A DNA stretch of 64,000 nucleotides from Candidatus Latescibacterota bacterium (GTDB lineage: Bacteria > Latescibacterota > UBA2968 > UBA8231). The translations under genes and the position numbers were made by a program. Within the stretch, counting starts at the first letter, position 1. Every line of letters starts with the position of its first letter. The notes under the pieces are model-generated. The model did no database searches and was not told where the DNA came from. It worked only from the letters and a program-made list of their open reading frames with translations. This document shows, one piece after another, positions 48,389 to 57,640 of the stretch. The stretch lies in assembly GCA_965203175.1 (NCBI GenBank), contig OZ241867.1, positions 4,416,001 to 4,480,000 of the forward strand, given 5' to 3'.

Positions 48389-49402
48389 ACTATCCCGTCG
48401 GCTCCGCTGCCATTGCCACAGCAGAGTTGGACCACCGACGAAGACATAGGTCAGAGTTGCTAAAGCATGGGTCAACGTAGCGCAGGCCAAAGCGGTGGCA
48501 AGGGGCACCGTATAGAGGCGGTGCATGGCCTCACCGAAGAGGAGGTGATACGAACCGATCGCCCCAGGCGTCGGAACAATCACTCCTATAGACGATATGG
48601 CCATGATCACCAGCGCGGCGGCGGCGTCGAGGTCGTATGTTTGGTGCAAGCCCATGCCGATAAAAGCCGCGTAGACAATGAACACGTAGGCCGCGTTGAG
48701 CAGGATTGAGCTAACTAGGATTTCAAAATACGCCGTCGGCTGTTGCCGCAGGGCGGAAAGCCCGCCGATGAAGGTTTCGATGATTTCGAGGACCCGCTCG
48801 CCGCGTCCCCAAGCGATCCGCGTGAGCAGCGGACGCATTCCAGCCAAAATTTTTTCCCGATAAACCGATACCAAAACCAAGGCGCTCAGCGCGATCAAGC
48901 AGCCGGCTAGGGCCAACAGACCGATGGTGTCCCGATCTGCATTGACCGGCATCCAAAGCACGGGCAGGGCAATATCTACATAGACGATGAGCCAGAACAA
49001 GACGATGAGCCAAAACAGATCTAGAATGCGCTCCACCACGATCGTGGCCATTAGGGCGCTGATGCTCGCCCCGGTGGTCCACTTGAGGCTGACGCACCGC
49101 AAGACCTCGCCTGAGCGCGGCACGACCACATTGGCTGCATAGCATATAGCTAGGGCAAGCGACGCGTTGAGGTTGTTCACTTGCGGCGCAAAAGGACGCA
49201 TCAGGACCATCCAGCGCCAAGCCCGCAATACCAAGGTCCCCAGCGTTGCGACGCACATGACAGCGGCCCAAACCGGCGAAATACCGGTCATGGCATCCCA
49301 GAGTTCCCCGCGGTTTATCCCCTCAAAGGCCCAATAAATAAAAAGCCCCATCAAGCCTAGGCTTAGCCCATACTGGAGGATTTGTTTCAGTATTTTGTGC
49401 AT
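48368..49402 (-). CDS. Lysylphosphatidylglycerol synthase TM-domain (flippase-like) protein
   Basis: LRAWRW, NVVVPRSGEVLR, TIVVERILD, PTPGAIGSYH. Confidence 0.85.
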   Translation of the reverse strand: MHKILKQILQYGLSLGLMGLFIYWAFEGINRGELWDAMTGISPVWAAVMCVATLGTLVLRAWRWMVLMRPFAPQVNNLNASLALAICYAANVVVPRSGEVLRCVSLKWTTGASISALMATIVVERILDLFWLIVLFWLIVYVDIALPVLWMPVNADRDTIGLLALAGCLIALSALVLVSVYREKILAGMRPLLTRIAWGRGERVLEIIETFIGGLSALRQQPTAYFEILVSSILLNAAYVFIVYAAFIGMGLHQTYDLDAAAALVIMAISSIGVIVPTPGAIGSYHLLFGEAMHRLYTVPLATALACATLTHALATLTYVFVGGPTLLWQWQRSRRDSSENPDD

Positions 49403-49417
49403 CGCACTGGCAAACGC

Positions 49418-49443
49418 AAAACAGGGGATCTGACGATCCCCTG
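49418..49443 (-). terminator. Intrinsic terminator-like hairpin after cysC
   Basis: CAGGGGATC-4nt-GATCCCCTG followed by TTTT on the minus strand. Confidence 0.5.
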
Positions 49444-49490
49444 GTGCATGGCGGAAGGAGTTTGAATAGGCTGGGTAGGTTTGTGCAAGC

Positions 49491-50105
49491 CTATATGGAT
49501 TGAATTTTGCCCATTTTCTCTAATAGGTCAATAACCTGCGCGGCGGCCTCCGCAGGGGTTGCTGTGTCAGTTTCGATGACCAGTTCGGGACTTTCAGGCT
49601 CCTCATAGGGGTCTGAAACACCAGTAAAGTTGGGTATTTCACCGGCTTGTGCCTTTTTGTAGAGGCCTTTGGGATCGCGCTCGGCGCATACTTCGACCGG
49701 GGCGTTGACGAAAATTTCGACGAAATCATCCTCTGCCATCAGGTCCCGCACTCCATCGCGGTCGGCTCGATAGGGGCTGACAAAGCTAGCAAGGGTTAGG
49801 AAGCCCCCATCGACAAAGAGCTTTCCTACCTCGCCGATCCGCCGGATATTTTCCGCCCGGTCGTCAGCAGAAAAGCCCAAATTTTTATTGAGCCCAAAGC
49901 GGATGTTGTCCCCGTCTAGCACATAGGCCAAATGGCCGCGGGCGGCCAAGGCGTGTTCAACCGTATAGGCAATCGTGCTTTTGCCCGAACTCGGCAAGCC
50001 CGTCAGCCAGAGCAATACCCCTTGTTGGTGCAACAGGCGTTCGCGTTGCTCGCGGCTGACATGGCCTTCGTGCCGGACGATATTGGTCGCTTTAATAGCG
50101 GTCAA
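49491..50105 (-). CDS. cysC: Adenylyl-sulfate kinase
   Basis: WLTGLPSSGKSTIA, LDGDNIR, RDPKGLYKKA, FTGVSDPYE. Confidence 0.95.
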   Translation of the reverse strand: MTAIKATNIVRHEGHVSREQRERLLHQQGVLLWLTGLPSSGKSTIAYTVEHALAARGHLAYVLDGDNIRFGLNKNLGFSADDRAENIRRIGEVGKLFVDGGFLTLASFVSPYRADRDGVRDLMAEDDFVEIFVNAPVEVCAERDPKGLYKKAQAGEIPNFTGVSDPYEEPESPELVIETDTATPAEAAAQVIDLLEKMGKIQSI

Positions 50106-50215
50106 AGTTCACCTCGTGAGTTTAGAGATACATTCCATAAGAAAACTCATAATAACGACCATACAGCCTTGATTCGTCAAGGAATTGGCAAAGGCGCGGG
50201 TGGAGCTATTTTTAA

Positions 50216-50245
50216 TTGACTGTTGATAGTTTGTATATTTATAAT
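50216..50245 (+). promoter_or_regulatory. Near-consensus sigma70 promoter
   Basis: TTGACT-18 bp-TATAAT in an AT-rich divergent intergenic region; GGAGGAGG RBS downstream. Confidence 0.6.
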
Positions 50246-50299
50246 AAAGTTAGTGATACACAGTACAAGCGCATCTCACCAAGTGGAGGAGGCAAGCAT

Positions 50300-51226
50300 A
50301 TGAAAATTGCAATTAGCATAACCTGCGCGGCCCTGCTGGCAACGGCAAGCGAGGGTGTTGTCAACATTCAGAATGTGGGTTCGGGCGCTCGTGCGCAGGG
50401 GTTGGGCAACAGCTTTGTGGCGGTGGCCGACAATGCGGATGCGGTGTTTGCCAATCCGGCGGGGTTGGGTCAGGTGTCTCAGCGTCAGGTGTCGTATACG
50501 AATGTGTCTCTTTTGTATGCGGGCATTGAAGGCGACGACTTGGGTCAGCACGTGGTGTCCTATGCGCAGCCATTGGGCGATGCGATGGGTTTAGGGTTGG
50601 GCTATGAGCGGATTGGCTCGTCTTTGATGAGCGAGAATGGGGCGTTTGTGTCGCTGTCGTATCAGGTTCAGCGTCGGCTGCAGGTGGGTGTTTCGGCCAA
50701 GTATTTGTTTTGGAGTGTGGGGGCCATTCCCGACGACGATGGTCGGGCGGATCCGCTTTCGAACCAGAGTGCGGGCAACGTCGGGGTGGATTTGGGTTTG
50801 TTGTGGCAGAGTCCGGTTCAAGGGGCGCAGGTGGGGGTGTTGTTGAAGAATATCAATCAGCCGAATGTGGCCTATGGCGAGGTGGCCGGGGATGCGGATG
50901 CGGGTGCGTTGCCGATGGATGTGCACGTGGGGGTTGGGTATCGCCTGAGCAGTCAGTCGTTGGTGTCGGTTCAGTATGTGCGTCGCGACTTGATGGGGGA
51001 GGGATCGGATGACGGGTTAGTGGTTGGTGGGGAGACGCAGTTGGTGGAGGGGTTGTTGTTGCGGGCGGGGGGTCGTCGTTTGTTGTCGGAGGATGCGGGT
51101 GGGGGGTTGAATGCGGGTTTGGGCTATCAGTGGAACCAGTTGGTGTTCGACTATGCGTATGACATTGGTTTGGATTTGACCGAAACCAATGGCGCCCACC
51201 GGTTCTCCTTCGCATACGAATTCTAA
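50300..51226 (+). CDS. PorV/PorP (FadL-like) outer-membrane beta-barrel protein
   Basis: Signal peptide; GARAQGLGNSFVAVADNADAVFANPAGL; C-terminal DYAY..HRFSFAYEF. Confidence 0.78.
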   Translation: MKIAISITCAALLATASEGVVNIQNVGSGARAQGLGNSFVAVADNADAVFANPAGLGQVSQRQVSYTNVSLLYAGIEGDDLGQHVVSYAQPLGDAMGLGLGYERIGSSLMSENGAFVSLSYQVQRRLQVGVSAKYLFWSVGAIPDDDGRADPLSNQSAGNVGVDLGLLWQSPVQGAQVGVLLKNINQPNVAYGEVAGDADAGALPMDVHVGVGYRLSSQSLVSVQYVRRDLMGEGSDDGLVVGGETQLVEGLLLRAGGRRLLSEDAGGGLNAGLGYQWNQLVFDYAYDIGLDLTETNGAHRFSFAYEF

Positions 51227-51248
51227 TACCAAAAAAAGCCCGGAAGAC

Positions 51249-51281
51249 AAAAGGCCGTCCCGCTTTGGGGGACGGCCTTTT
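51249..51281. terminator. Bidirectional intrinsic terminator
   Basis: AAAAGGCCGTCCC-loop-GGGACGGCCTTTT between convergent genes. Confidence 0.8.
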
Positions 51282-51284
51282 CCT

Positions 51285-52019
51285 TTATTCTACGACGTCT
51301 TCATCCACATCCGTCACTAAGGTGCCTATGTCCTGGCCGCGGCAGATGTGCTCTATGGTTCCCTTGTCAGAGAAGTCAAAAAAGTGCATGGGCATCTTGT
51401 GATCGCGCGCCAACAAGACTGAGGATTGATCGGCGATGGTGAGGTTTTTTTGAATGATCGTGTTGTAGTGCATCTGCCGATACAGCCTCGCTTGGGGATC
51501 GGTCTGGGGATCGGAAGTAAAAATGCCGCTGACTTGGTTCTTGGCAAAAAGCAGGGCTTGGGAGCGCGTCTCAATCGCACGCTGAGCTGCCGTGTAGTCC
51601 GTAGTGACGTACGGATTGCCAATGCCGGCGGCAAAGATGACGATGTAGTGCTTCTCTAGATGGCGGATCGCGCGCAGCCGGATAAACGGCTCGGCCACTG
51701 TATTGATGGGAATGGCGCTCATTACCCGGACTTCGACATTGGATTTAGAGGTGAGGACCCCGCGCAGCATCAGGCTGTTGATCACCGTCCCCATCGTGCC
51801 AATGTTGTCGGCTTCGGCCCGTTCAATGCCCCACTGGCTGGCGAGCGTCCCGCGGAATATATTGCCGCCGCCGATGACGATGGATATTTCAACCCCACAG
51901 GCGTTCAAGTTGAGGATTTCGTCGGCAATGTGCTCTAGGGATTCGGGGTCGAAGCTCACATCGTGCGTACCGGATATGGCTTCTCCGCTCAGCTTGAGCA
52001 GGACTCGATTGTATCGCAT
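51285..52019 (-). CDS. pyrH: UMP kinase
   Basis: RVLLKLSGEA, IGGGNIFRG, GNPYVTTD. Confidence 0.92.
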   Translation of the reverse strand: MRYNRVLLKLSGEAISGTHDVSFDPESLEHIADEILNLNACGVEISIVIGGGNIFRGTLASQWGIERAEADNIGTMGTVINSLMLRGVLTSKSNVEVRVMSAIPINTVAEPFIRLRAIRHLEKHYIVIFAAGIGNPYVTTDYTAAQRAIETRSQALLFAKNQVSGIFTSDPQTDPQARLYRQMHYNTIIQKNLTIADQSSVLLARDHKMPMHFFDFSDKGTIEHICRGQDIGTLVTDVDEDVVE

Positions 52020-52024
52020 GGAGG

Positions 52025-53452
52025 TCAGAGCAGCCGCCCCTTTTCGATGGCGTGCGCCTCTGGATGAGCTGCGGCCAATTCCTCCACCCGGCTGACGAAA
52101 AGCTCGACTTGCTGGGTGGCTGCGCCCGTGAGGTGACGACTGCGGGAGATCGTGTCAGTGATCTCTTCTTCGCTGAGCGGAAAGCGAGAATCTGCGCCCA
52201 AGCGACGCGCTAATTCACTGGTGCTTTGGCCTTGTTCACGCATGTCGACCGCTGCGGACAGGGCGTGCTCTTTAAGTGCGGCATGGGCCTGTTCGCGGCC
52301 GGCACCGCGTTGGATGGCCTCCATCAGCAGCGTCGTGGTGGCGAGGAAGGGCAGATAGCGGTCCAGGTCGTGGGCAATTACCGCTTCATAGACGCCCATA
52401 TCGTCGAGGATGTGGAGCGTGGTTTCGAGCATACCATCAAAGGCGAAGAACCCATCGGGGAGGGCCACGCGGCGCACGACCGAACAGGATACGTCCCCTT
52501 CAAACCACTGATCGCCGGCCAGTGCGCCCAGCATGTGGACATAGCCGCCGAGGACGACCTGCAACCCGTTGACTCGCTCGCTGCTACGGGAGTTCATTTT
52601 GTGCGGCATGGCTGAAGAGCCGACTTGCCCGGCGGCAAAGCCCTCGGTCAGCATGTCGTGGCCGGCCATCAGGCGGATGGCACGGGCCAGATTGGCAATT
52701 CCTGCCCCGAGTTGGTAGAGACAACTCAAGACCTCAAAGTCGAGACTACGGGGATAGATCTGGCCGACGGCCCCTAGTTCCCGTTGGAACCCGAGGTGGT
52801 GCCGCACTTGGGCTTGGAGTTGGTCGAGCTTGTCGGCGTCGGCGTCGAGCAGGGTTAGTTGGTCGACGGATGTGCCGACAGCGCCTTTTAGCCCCCGCAG
52901 GGGGTAGCGCTGTACGAGTTCGTCGAGGCGGTCAAAGGCGACCAGCATCTCCTCGCCGAACATGGCGAGGCGCTTGCCGAGCGTCGTGGGTTGTGCGGCT
53001 GCGTAGTGGGTCCTGCCAGCGACCGCGAGTTCCTTCCATTGCAGCGCCCGTTGGCCTAAGCGCAGAAGAAGGGCTACGTACTTGACCTGCATTTGCTGCA
53101 AGGAGCGGAGAATCTGGTACTGCTCGACATTATCGGTCAGATCGCGACTGGTCATCCCCTTGTGAATGTGCTCGCAGCCGGCCAGACTACAGAATTCTTC
53201 GATGCGCGCCTTGACATCGTGCCGCAAAACGGCTTCGCGGCGCGCGATGGATTCGGGGTCAACTTGATCCTTGACGCGCTCGTAGGCGCTTATGGCTGCG
53301 TCAGGCACGTCGAGCTTTAGGTCGCGCTGTGCTTTGAGGATGGCAATCCACAGTTCGCGCTCGAGAACGATGCGACCGCGTTCAGACCACAGATCTTGAA
53401 TCGCCTGACTGGCGTAGCGCTGGGCGAGGACATTGGCGATGGCTGTAGACAT
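52025..53452 (-). CDS. purB: Adenylosuccinate lyase
   Basis: RHDVKA, HKGMTSRD, AQPTTLGKR, GSSAMPHKMN. Confidence 0.92.
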   Translation of the reverse strand: MSTAIANVLAQRYASQAIQDLWSERGRIVLERELWIAILKAQRDLKLDVPDAAISAYERVKDQVDPESIARREAVLRHDVKARIEEFCSLAGCEHIHKGMTSRDLTDNVEQYQILRSLQQMQVKYVALLLRLGQRALQWKELAVAGRTHYAAAQPTTLGKRLAMFGEEMLVAFDRLDELVQRYPLRGLKGAVGTSVDQLTLLDADADKLDQLQAQVRHHLGFQRELGAVGQIYPRSLDFEVLSCLYQLGAGIANLARAIRLMAGHDMLTEGFAAGQVGSSAMPHKMNSRSSERVNGLQVVLGGYVHMLGALAGDQWFEGDVSCSVVRRVALPDGFFAFDGMLETTLHILDDMGVYEAVIAHDLDRYLPFLATTTLLMEAIQRGAGREQAHAALKEHALSAAVDMREQGQSTSELARRLGADSRFPLSEEEITDTISRSRHLTGAATQQVELFVSRVEELAAAHPEAHAIEKGRLL

Positions 53453-53498
53453 GACTTGGTTTATCATAAGCATTGGGCATCATAAACGCCAATGCGCG

Positions 53499-54911
53499 TC
53501 AAATCAGTCCTAACCACCGCCAATAGAGCAGGTTGAGCGGACAGAGCAGGACCAAGGATGCCGTGGAAATAAGGCCCTGGGCAAGGATGAGTTGCTGCAT
53601 GGAGAGCTGCCGAAAACCATAGGCTACCATGAAAGGCGCTGACTGGTAGGGCAAGAAGGCCAAGGTCGTTGCCATTGCCACGCTGAATGCTGCCGGCAGC
53701 GGCGCGACTCCGTGCTGGGCACCTAGCTCCATCAGAGGGATGGTCGCCACACCGGCTACAGCGGCGATGTCCATCAGGAAATCGAGCGGCAGAGCGACTA
53801 AGCAAAGCGACAGGTGCTTGCCCAGCCAGCCGTATTCCTCCAACGCCAGATATTCACTGCAAGCCGCGATGAACAGATGGTTAAATCCGGCCGCGTCCAA
53901 GGCGTGGCCCAACGTGAGCAGAGCGACAATATAGGCTAGTAGTGCGAAACGCACCTTGACCAAGTCGCCAAAACGGAGCAGTCCCCAGCGCGGCCAGAGG
54001 AACAATACTACTAGGCCCAAGCCAATATAGACGGGTTGAATGTGGTGCAAGAGGTCGGTGGCCCACAAGCCCACGCCCGTAAGGAGAATATACAAGGCAC
54101 GTCGCTGAACGCGGGTCAGCGGTGCGCTGCTCAGGGAAGGGACTCGCTGGATGACAGGGCCATCGAGATGGCGGCCAAAAAGCAGCCAGATCACGCCGAG
54201 CGATACGAACGTCCGCAAAAGGCCGATGACTGGAAACATCCAATACAACCAAGTAGCCCAAAAGATAGGAGTGCCTTGGGTTTTTTCGTATTGGCCGGCC
54301 AAGACCAAGTTGGGGACAGAGCCGGTCAGAAGTCCACAGCCACCGAAGTACGTGCTGCAAAGCAAGGAGAGCAGGACCGCGGCCTTGAGATATGGCAATG
54401 GGCGAATGTGTAAGCGCTCGACGAGGGCGATGCCAATTGGCATCAAGAACAGGACGCGGATTACTCCGGATGGGATTAGGAAAGCCGTCACTAACCCGAT
54501 CAGGTGCAATTGGCAGAGCAGGAGGAAGGGGCGCTGCGACAGATGGGACTGAAGCCAAGACGCCAGCGCGTCTCCGAGACCCGTTTTGGCCACCCCCAAG
54601 CTCAGGGCCATGCCAGCGAGGACGAGCCAGACGGTCTTGGAGACGAAAGGGGCTAAGCTCTGCTCGAAACTCAGCAAGCCAACGGCCGGGATCAGGGCGA
54701 GCACCCCCACCGAACTCAGCGCGATGGGTATGGGTTCGGTGGTCCAAAAGAACAGGGCAAAAAGGGCGATGCCAAGGGCGTTTTGCACGGGGATAGGCAG
54801 CGCGGTCAACGGGGCAGCAAAGCCTAAAAGGAGGGCCGCGGTGCCCAATAGTAAGCCCACCCATTGTTTGGGCGCTAACTTGGATATGGTCAGAGAGAGT
54901 CGGTGGATCAA
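53499..54911 (-). CDS. SLC13/DASS-family anion permease
   Basis: WTTEPIP, AFLIPS..R, LTGSVPN, LPYQSAP; start uncertain. Confidence 0.8.
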   Translation of the reverse strand: MIHRLSLTISKLAPKQWVGLLLGTAALLLGFAAPLTALPIPVQNALGIALFALFFWTTEPIPIALSSVGVLALIPAVGLLSFEQSLAPFVSKTVWLVLAGMALSLGVAKTGLGDALASWLQSHLSQRPFLLLCQLHLIGLVTAFLIPSGVIRVLFLMPIGIALVERLHIRPLPYLKAAVLLSLLCSTYFGGCGLLTGSVPNLVLAGQYEKTQGTPIFWATWLYWMFPVIGLLRTFVSLGVIWLLFGRHLDGPVIQRVPSLSSAPLTRVQRRALYILLTGVGLWATDLLHHIQPVYIGLGLVVLFLWPRWGLLRFGDLVKVRFALLAYIVALLTLGHALDAAGFNHLFIAACSEYLALEEYGWLGKHLSLCLVALPLDFLMDIAAVAGVATIPLMELGAQHGVAPLPAAFSVAMATTLAFLPYQSAPFMVAYGFRQLSMQQLILAQGLISTASLVLLCPLNLLYWRWLGLI

Positions 54912-55008
54912 GGGACCTTGGGGGCTTGAGGTAGAGCAAAAAATAAAAAAGGCCCAGCTTTTGAAAAGAGCGGTCCAAGCCTATTATCTTGCATAGAGGA
55001 TACTTGCA

Positions 55009-56442
55009 ATGGCTCAACTGAAATCGATCCGCCTGCGCTTTGACAAACCTTTGACCGGGCCGTACGACCGACTTTTGCGTCGTCCCGGCCCCGAGGTTGC
55101 CGCACTGACCGCGGGCGAGACAATGGCGATCATTCGTGGCACGCGGCTGCTAAAGGCCATGCCCTTATGGGAGAGCGAGGCCGCGTGTTATTATGCCACA
55201 GGCAAGGCAGACACTGGGTGGTCGCCGGCAGATTTTAGGGACGCAGAGCAAGCCGAGCGCTGGGCAGAGCATGGACTGGTGGATTCGCTGGCTGTGCCCG
55301 TAGGTTATTTCAAGCTACCCAATGCCGACTGGGTCGGTTCGCTGGCGGCCGAGCTGACGCCGTGGACGGCTCAAGCCATCGAAACATGGCGAGCGGGGAT
55401 TGAGCGGGACATTTGGCTAACGGTATTGAGAGTGTATCGCTGTGCGCCCGTTCAACCGAAATTCTTGCGTCAAACAGGCCTGCAACTGTGCGTTAGGCCC
55501 TTTGAGGTCGAGCAATTGCAGCCAGTCGTTTTAGAAAGCGAACTCGAGCGGCGGATGGAACAGATACAAGAGGCCGTAGAACGGCATGCTCGCGGTGGCG
55601 GCATCCGTGTGGGCGCAAGCTACGACGTCCAGGCCTTCACCGCGGAGACCGGCTACAGTGCCGATCAGCTAAAGGGCTGGATTGACCAATTGCAGCGCAA
55701 GCAGCAGCTCATCCTATACGGCCCGCCCGGCACCGGCAAGACGTACTTGGCCGAGCGCTTGGCGCGTTATCTGGTGGATGGCGGCGGTTTTAGCGAACTC
55801 GTGCAATTCCACGCCTCGTACGCGTATGAGGATTTCGTCCAGGGGATCCGGCCACGGGTGGTAGAGGGCGCACTGCACTACGAATTAGCCGCCGGACATT
55901 TTCTGCGGTTTTGCGACAAGGCGCGCCAAGCCGGAGAAAAGCCCTGTGTGCTAATCATCGATGAAATAAACCGCGCAAACCTCGCGCGCGTTTTCGGCGA
56001 GCTAATGTACCTGCTGGAATACCACCACCGCCCGATCACCTTGGCGGGTGGTGGTCCCGAGTTTTCGATCCCCGCCAACGTCTATCTCATCGGCACGATG
56101 AACACGGCCGACCGGTCGATCGCCTTGGTTGACCAAGCCATGCGACGGCGATTTAGCTTTATCCGTCTGCGGCCCAACTATCAGTTGTTGGCAACTTATC
56201 TCGGGAACAGGGGCTTGCCCTCGGATAAATTGGTTGCGCTACTAAAAGAAGTGAATCAATCCATTGGAGACGAGGACTGCGAGCTAGGCCTTTCTTTCTT
56301 TATGGTCGCCGATGTCGCAACGGCACTGGTGCATATTTGGCAAGGAGAGGTCGAGCCATATCTGGAGGAAGTGTTTTTCGATCGCCCGGACCAGATGGCG
56401 CGCTTTCGCTGGTCCAAGGTCTCCGGGCGTTTGCAGGATTGA
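55009..56442 (+). CDS. mcrB: McrB-family AAA+ GTPase with atypical N-terminal domain
   Basis: GPPGTGKT, VQFHASYAYEDFVQG, IIDEINRAN, TMNTADRS, AMRRRF. Confidence 0.88.
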   Translation: MAQLKSIRLRFDKPLTGPYDRLLRRPGPEVAALTAGETMAIIRGTRLLKAMPLWESEAACYYATGKADTGWSPADFRDAEQAERWAEHGLVDSLAVPVGYFKLPNADWVGSLAAELTPWTAQAIETWRAGIERDIWLTVLRVYRCAPVQPKFLRQTGLQLCVRPFEVEQLQPVVLESELERRMEQIQEAVERHARGGGIRVGASYDVQAFTAETGYSADQLKGWIDQLQRKQQLILYGPPGTGKTYLAERLARYLVDGGGFSELVQFHASYAYEDFVQGIRPRVVEGALHYELAAGHFLRFCDKARQAGEKPCVLIIDEINRANLARVFGELMYLLEYHHRPITLAGGGPEFSIPANVYLIGTMNTADRSIALVDQAMRRRFSFIRLRPNYQLLATYLGNRGLPSDKLVALLKEVNQSIGDEDCELGLSFFMVADVATALVHIWQGEVEPYLEEVFFDRPDQMARFRWSKVSGRLQD

Positions 56443-56445
56443 CGC

Positions 56446-57606
56446 GTGCGACGCTACGAGCTGATCGAAGAGGAAGTGGCGGCGATACCGGCTGCCGAGC
56501 TTGCGGTCGAACAGGCCCTGCACCTGCACGCCCAATATCCAAAAGAGTTGGAGTTCGGTTTCCCCAGCCCGCTTAATGACCAGTGTTATCAGCTCAGGTC
56601 GCGGGGCTATGTCGGCGTGGTGCCTTTGGGCGCGAATGCCGCCCTGGAAATCACTCCCAAAATACGCTGCTCGCTGCTCATGCCCATGCTGGAGTATGCC
56701 TATCAGTTGCCCAAGATCAGCGCGCACAAGGCTCCGGCCACGATGGGGGATATCTACGAATTTTGGGCCGAGGTGCTCGCGCACAAGGTCTTACAACGGG
56801 TGCGGCGTGGGCTGTATTGGGATTACCAAACTCGCGAAGGTCTCAGTCGGTGGGTGCGAGGGCGCATGTACCCCGAGCGCAGCGGTCTAGGCGTCCATCC
56901 CTATTGTCGGTTTGCAGAGCACACGCCCGATATTATCGACAACCGCATCTTGGCCAACGCGCTACATGGCCTGAGGCGCTTTGCCTTCCGCCGCGAGAGC
57001 GTTCGGCAGATGGTCGGTAGAGCTTGGAGGGCGCTGAGCGAGCTAAATTACCGCCACATTCGCCCCGTAGATTGCCTCGGCGTCGCGTATCACCGGCTAA
57101 ACGAGGACTACCGACCCATGCATGCCTTGTGTTATTTCTTGCTCCAACAGCGAAGTCCGGCTTGGGGACTGGGAACCGAGGAAGGACCGGCATATCTGCT
57201 GCACATGCCGACTTTATTCGAGCGGTTTTGCACAGCGTTTATCGACCACAAGCTCAACCACGAGGTCGAACTAAAAGCTCAGTACCACACGCGACTCAAG
57301 GGAACGGAGCGGTTTTCTTTTCGCTTGGACATGGCTCTATTTTCGGCGGCAACCGGGCAGCCGCTGGCGGTGATAGATGCAAAGTACAAGGCCGATGGTC
57401 CCTCGGAAAACGATGTGCAGCAGGTGGTTGCCTATGCGGTTCAGTTAGGCACGCGTCGGGCCTTTTTGCTCTATCCTAGCAGCGATGTGGACGAGCAGTT
57501 CGAAGTCGGTCCAGTGGCCGTACAAGCGCTAGGGTACGATTTCGAAGCCGAAAATATAGAGAAAGCAGGCCAAGGCGTGATTCGTAAAATTGAAAATAGC
57601 ATATAA
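56446..57606 (+). CDS. mcrC: McrC-family restriction endonuclease subunit
   Basis: GYVG..ITPKI, YHRLNEDY, MPTLFERF, D..IDAKYK, QVVAY, LLYP. Confidence 0.85.
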   Translation: MRRYELIEEEVAAIPAAELAVEQALHLHAQYPKELEFGFPSPLNDQCYQLRSRGYVGVVPLGANAALEITPKIRCSLLMPMLEYAYQLPKISAHKAPATMGDIYEFWAEVLAHKVLQRVRRGLYWDYQTREGLSRWVRGRMYPERSGLGVHPYCRFAEHTPDIIDNRILANALHGLRRFAFRRESVRQMVGRAWRALSELNYRHIRPVDCLGVAYHRLNEDYRPMHALCYFLLQQRSPAWGLGTEEGPAYLLHMPTLFERFCTAFIDHKLNHEVELKAQYHTRLKGTERFSFRLDMALFSAATGQPLAVIDAKYKADGPSENDVQQVVAYAVQLGTRRAFLLYPSSDVDEQFEVGPVAVQALGYDFEAENIEKAGQGVIRKIENSI

Positions 57607-57640
57607 AAATTAATATGTAAATAAAATAAACAAAAAACTT

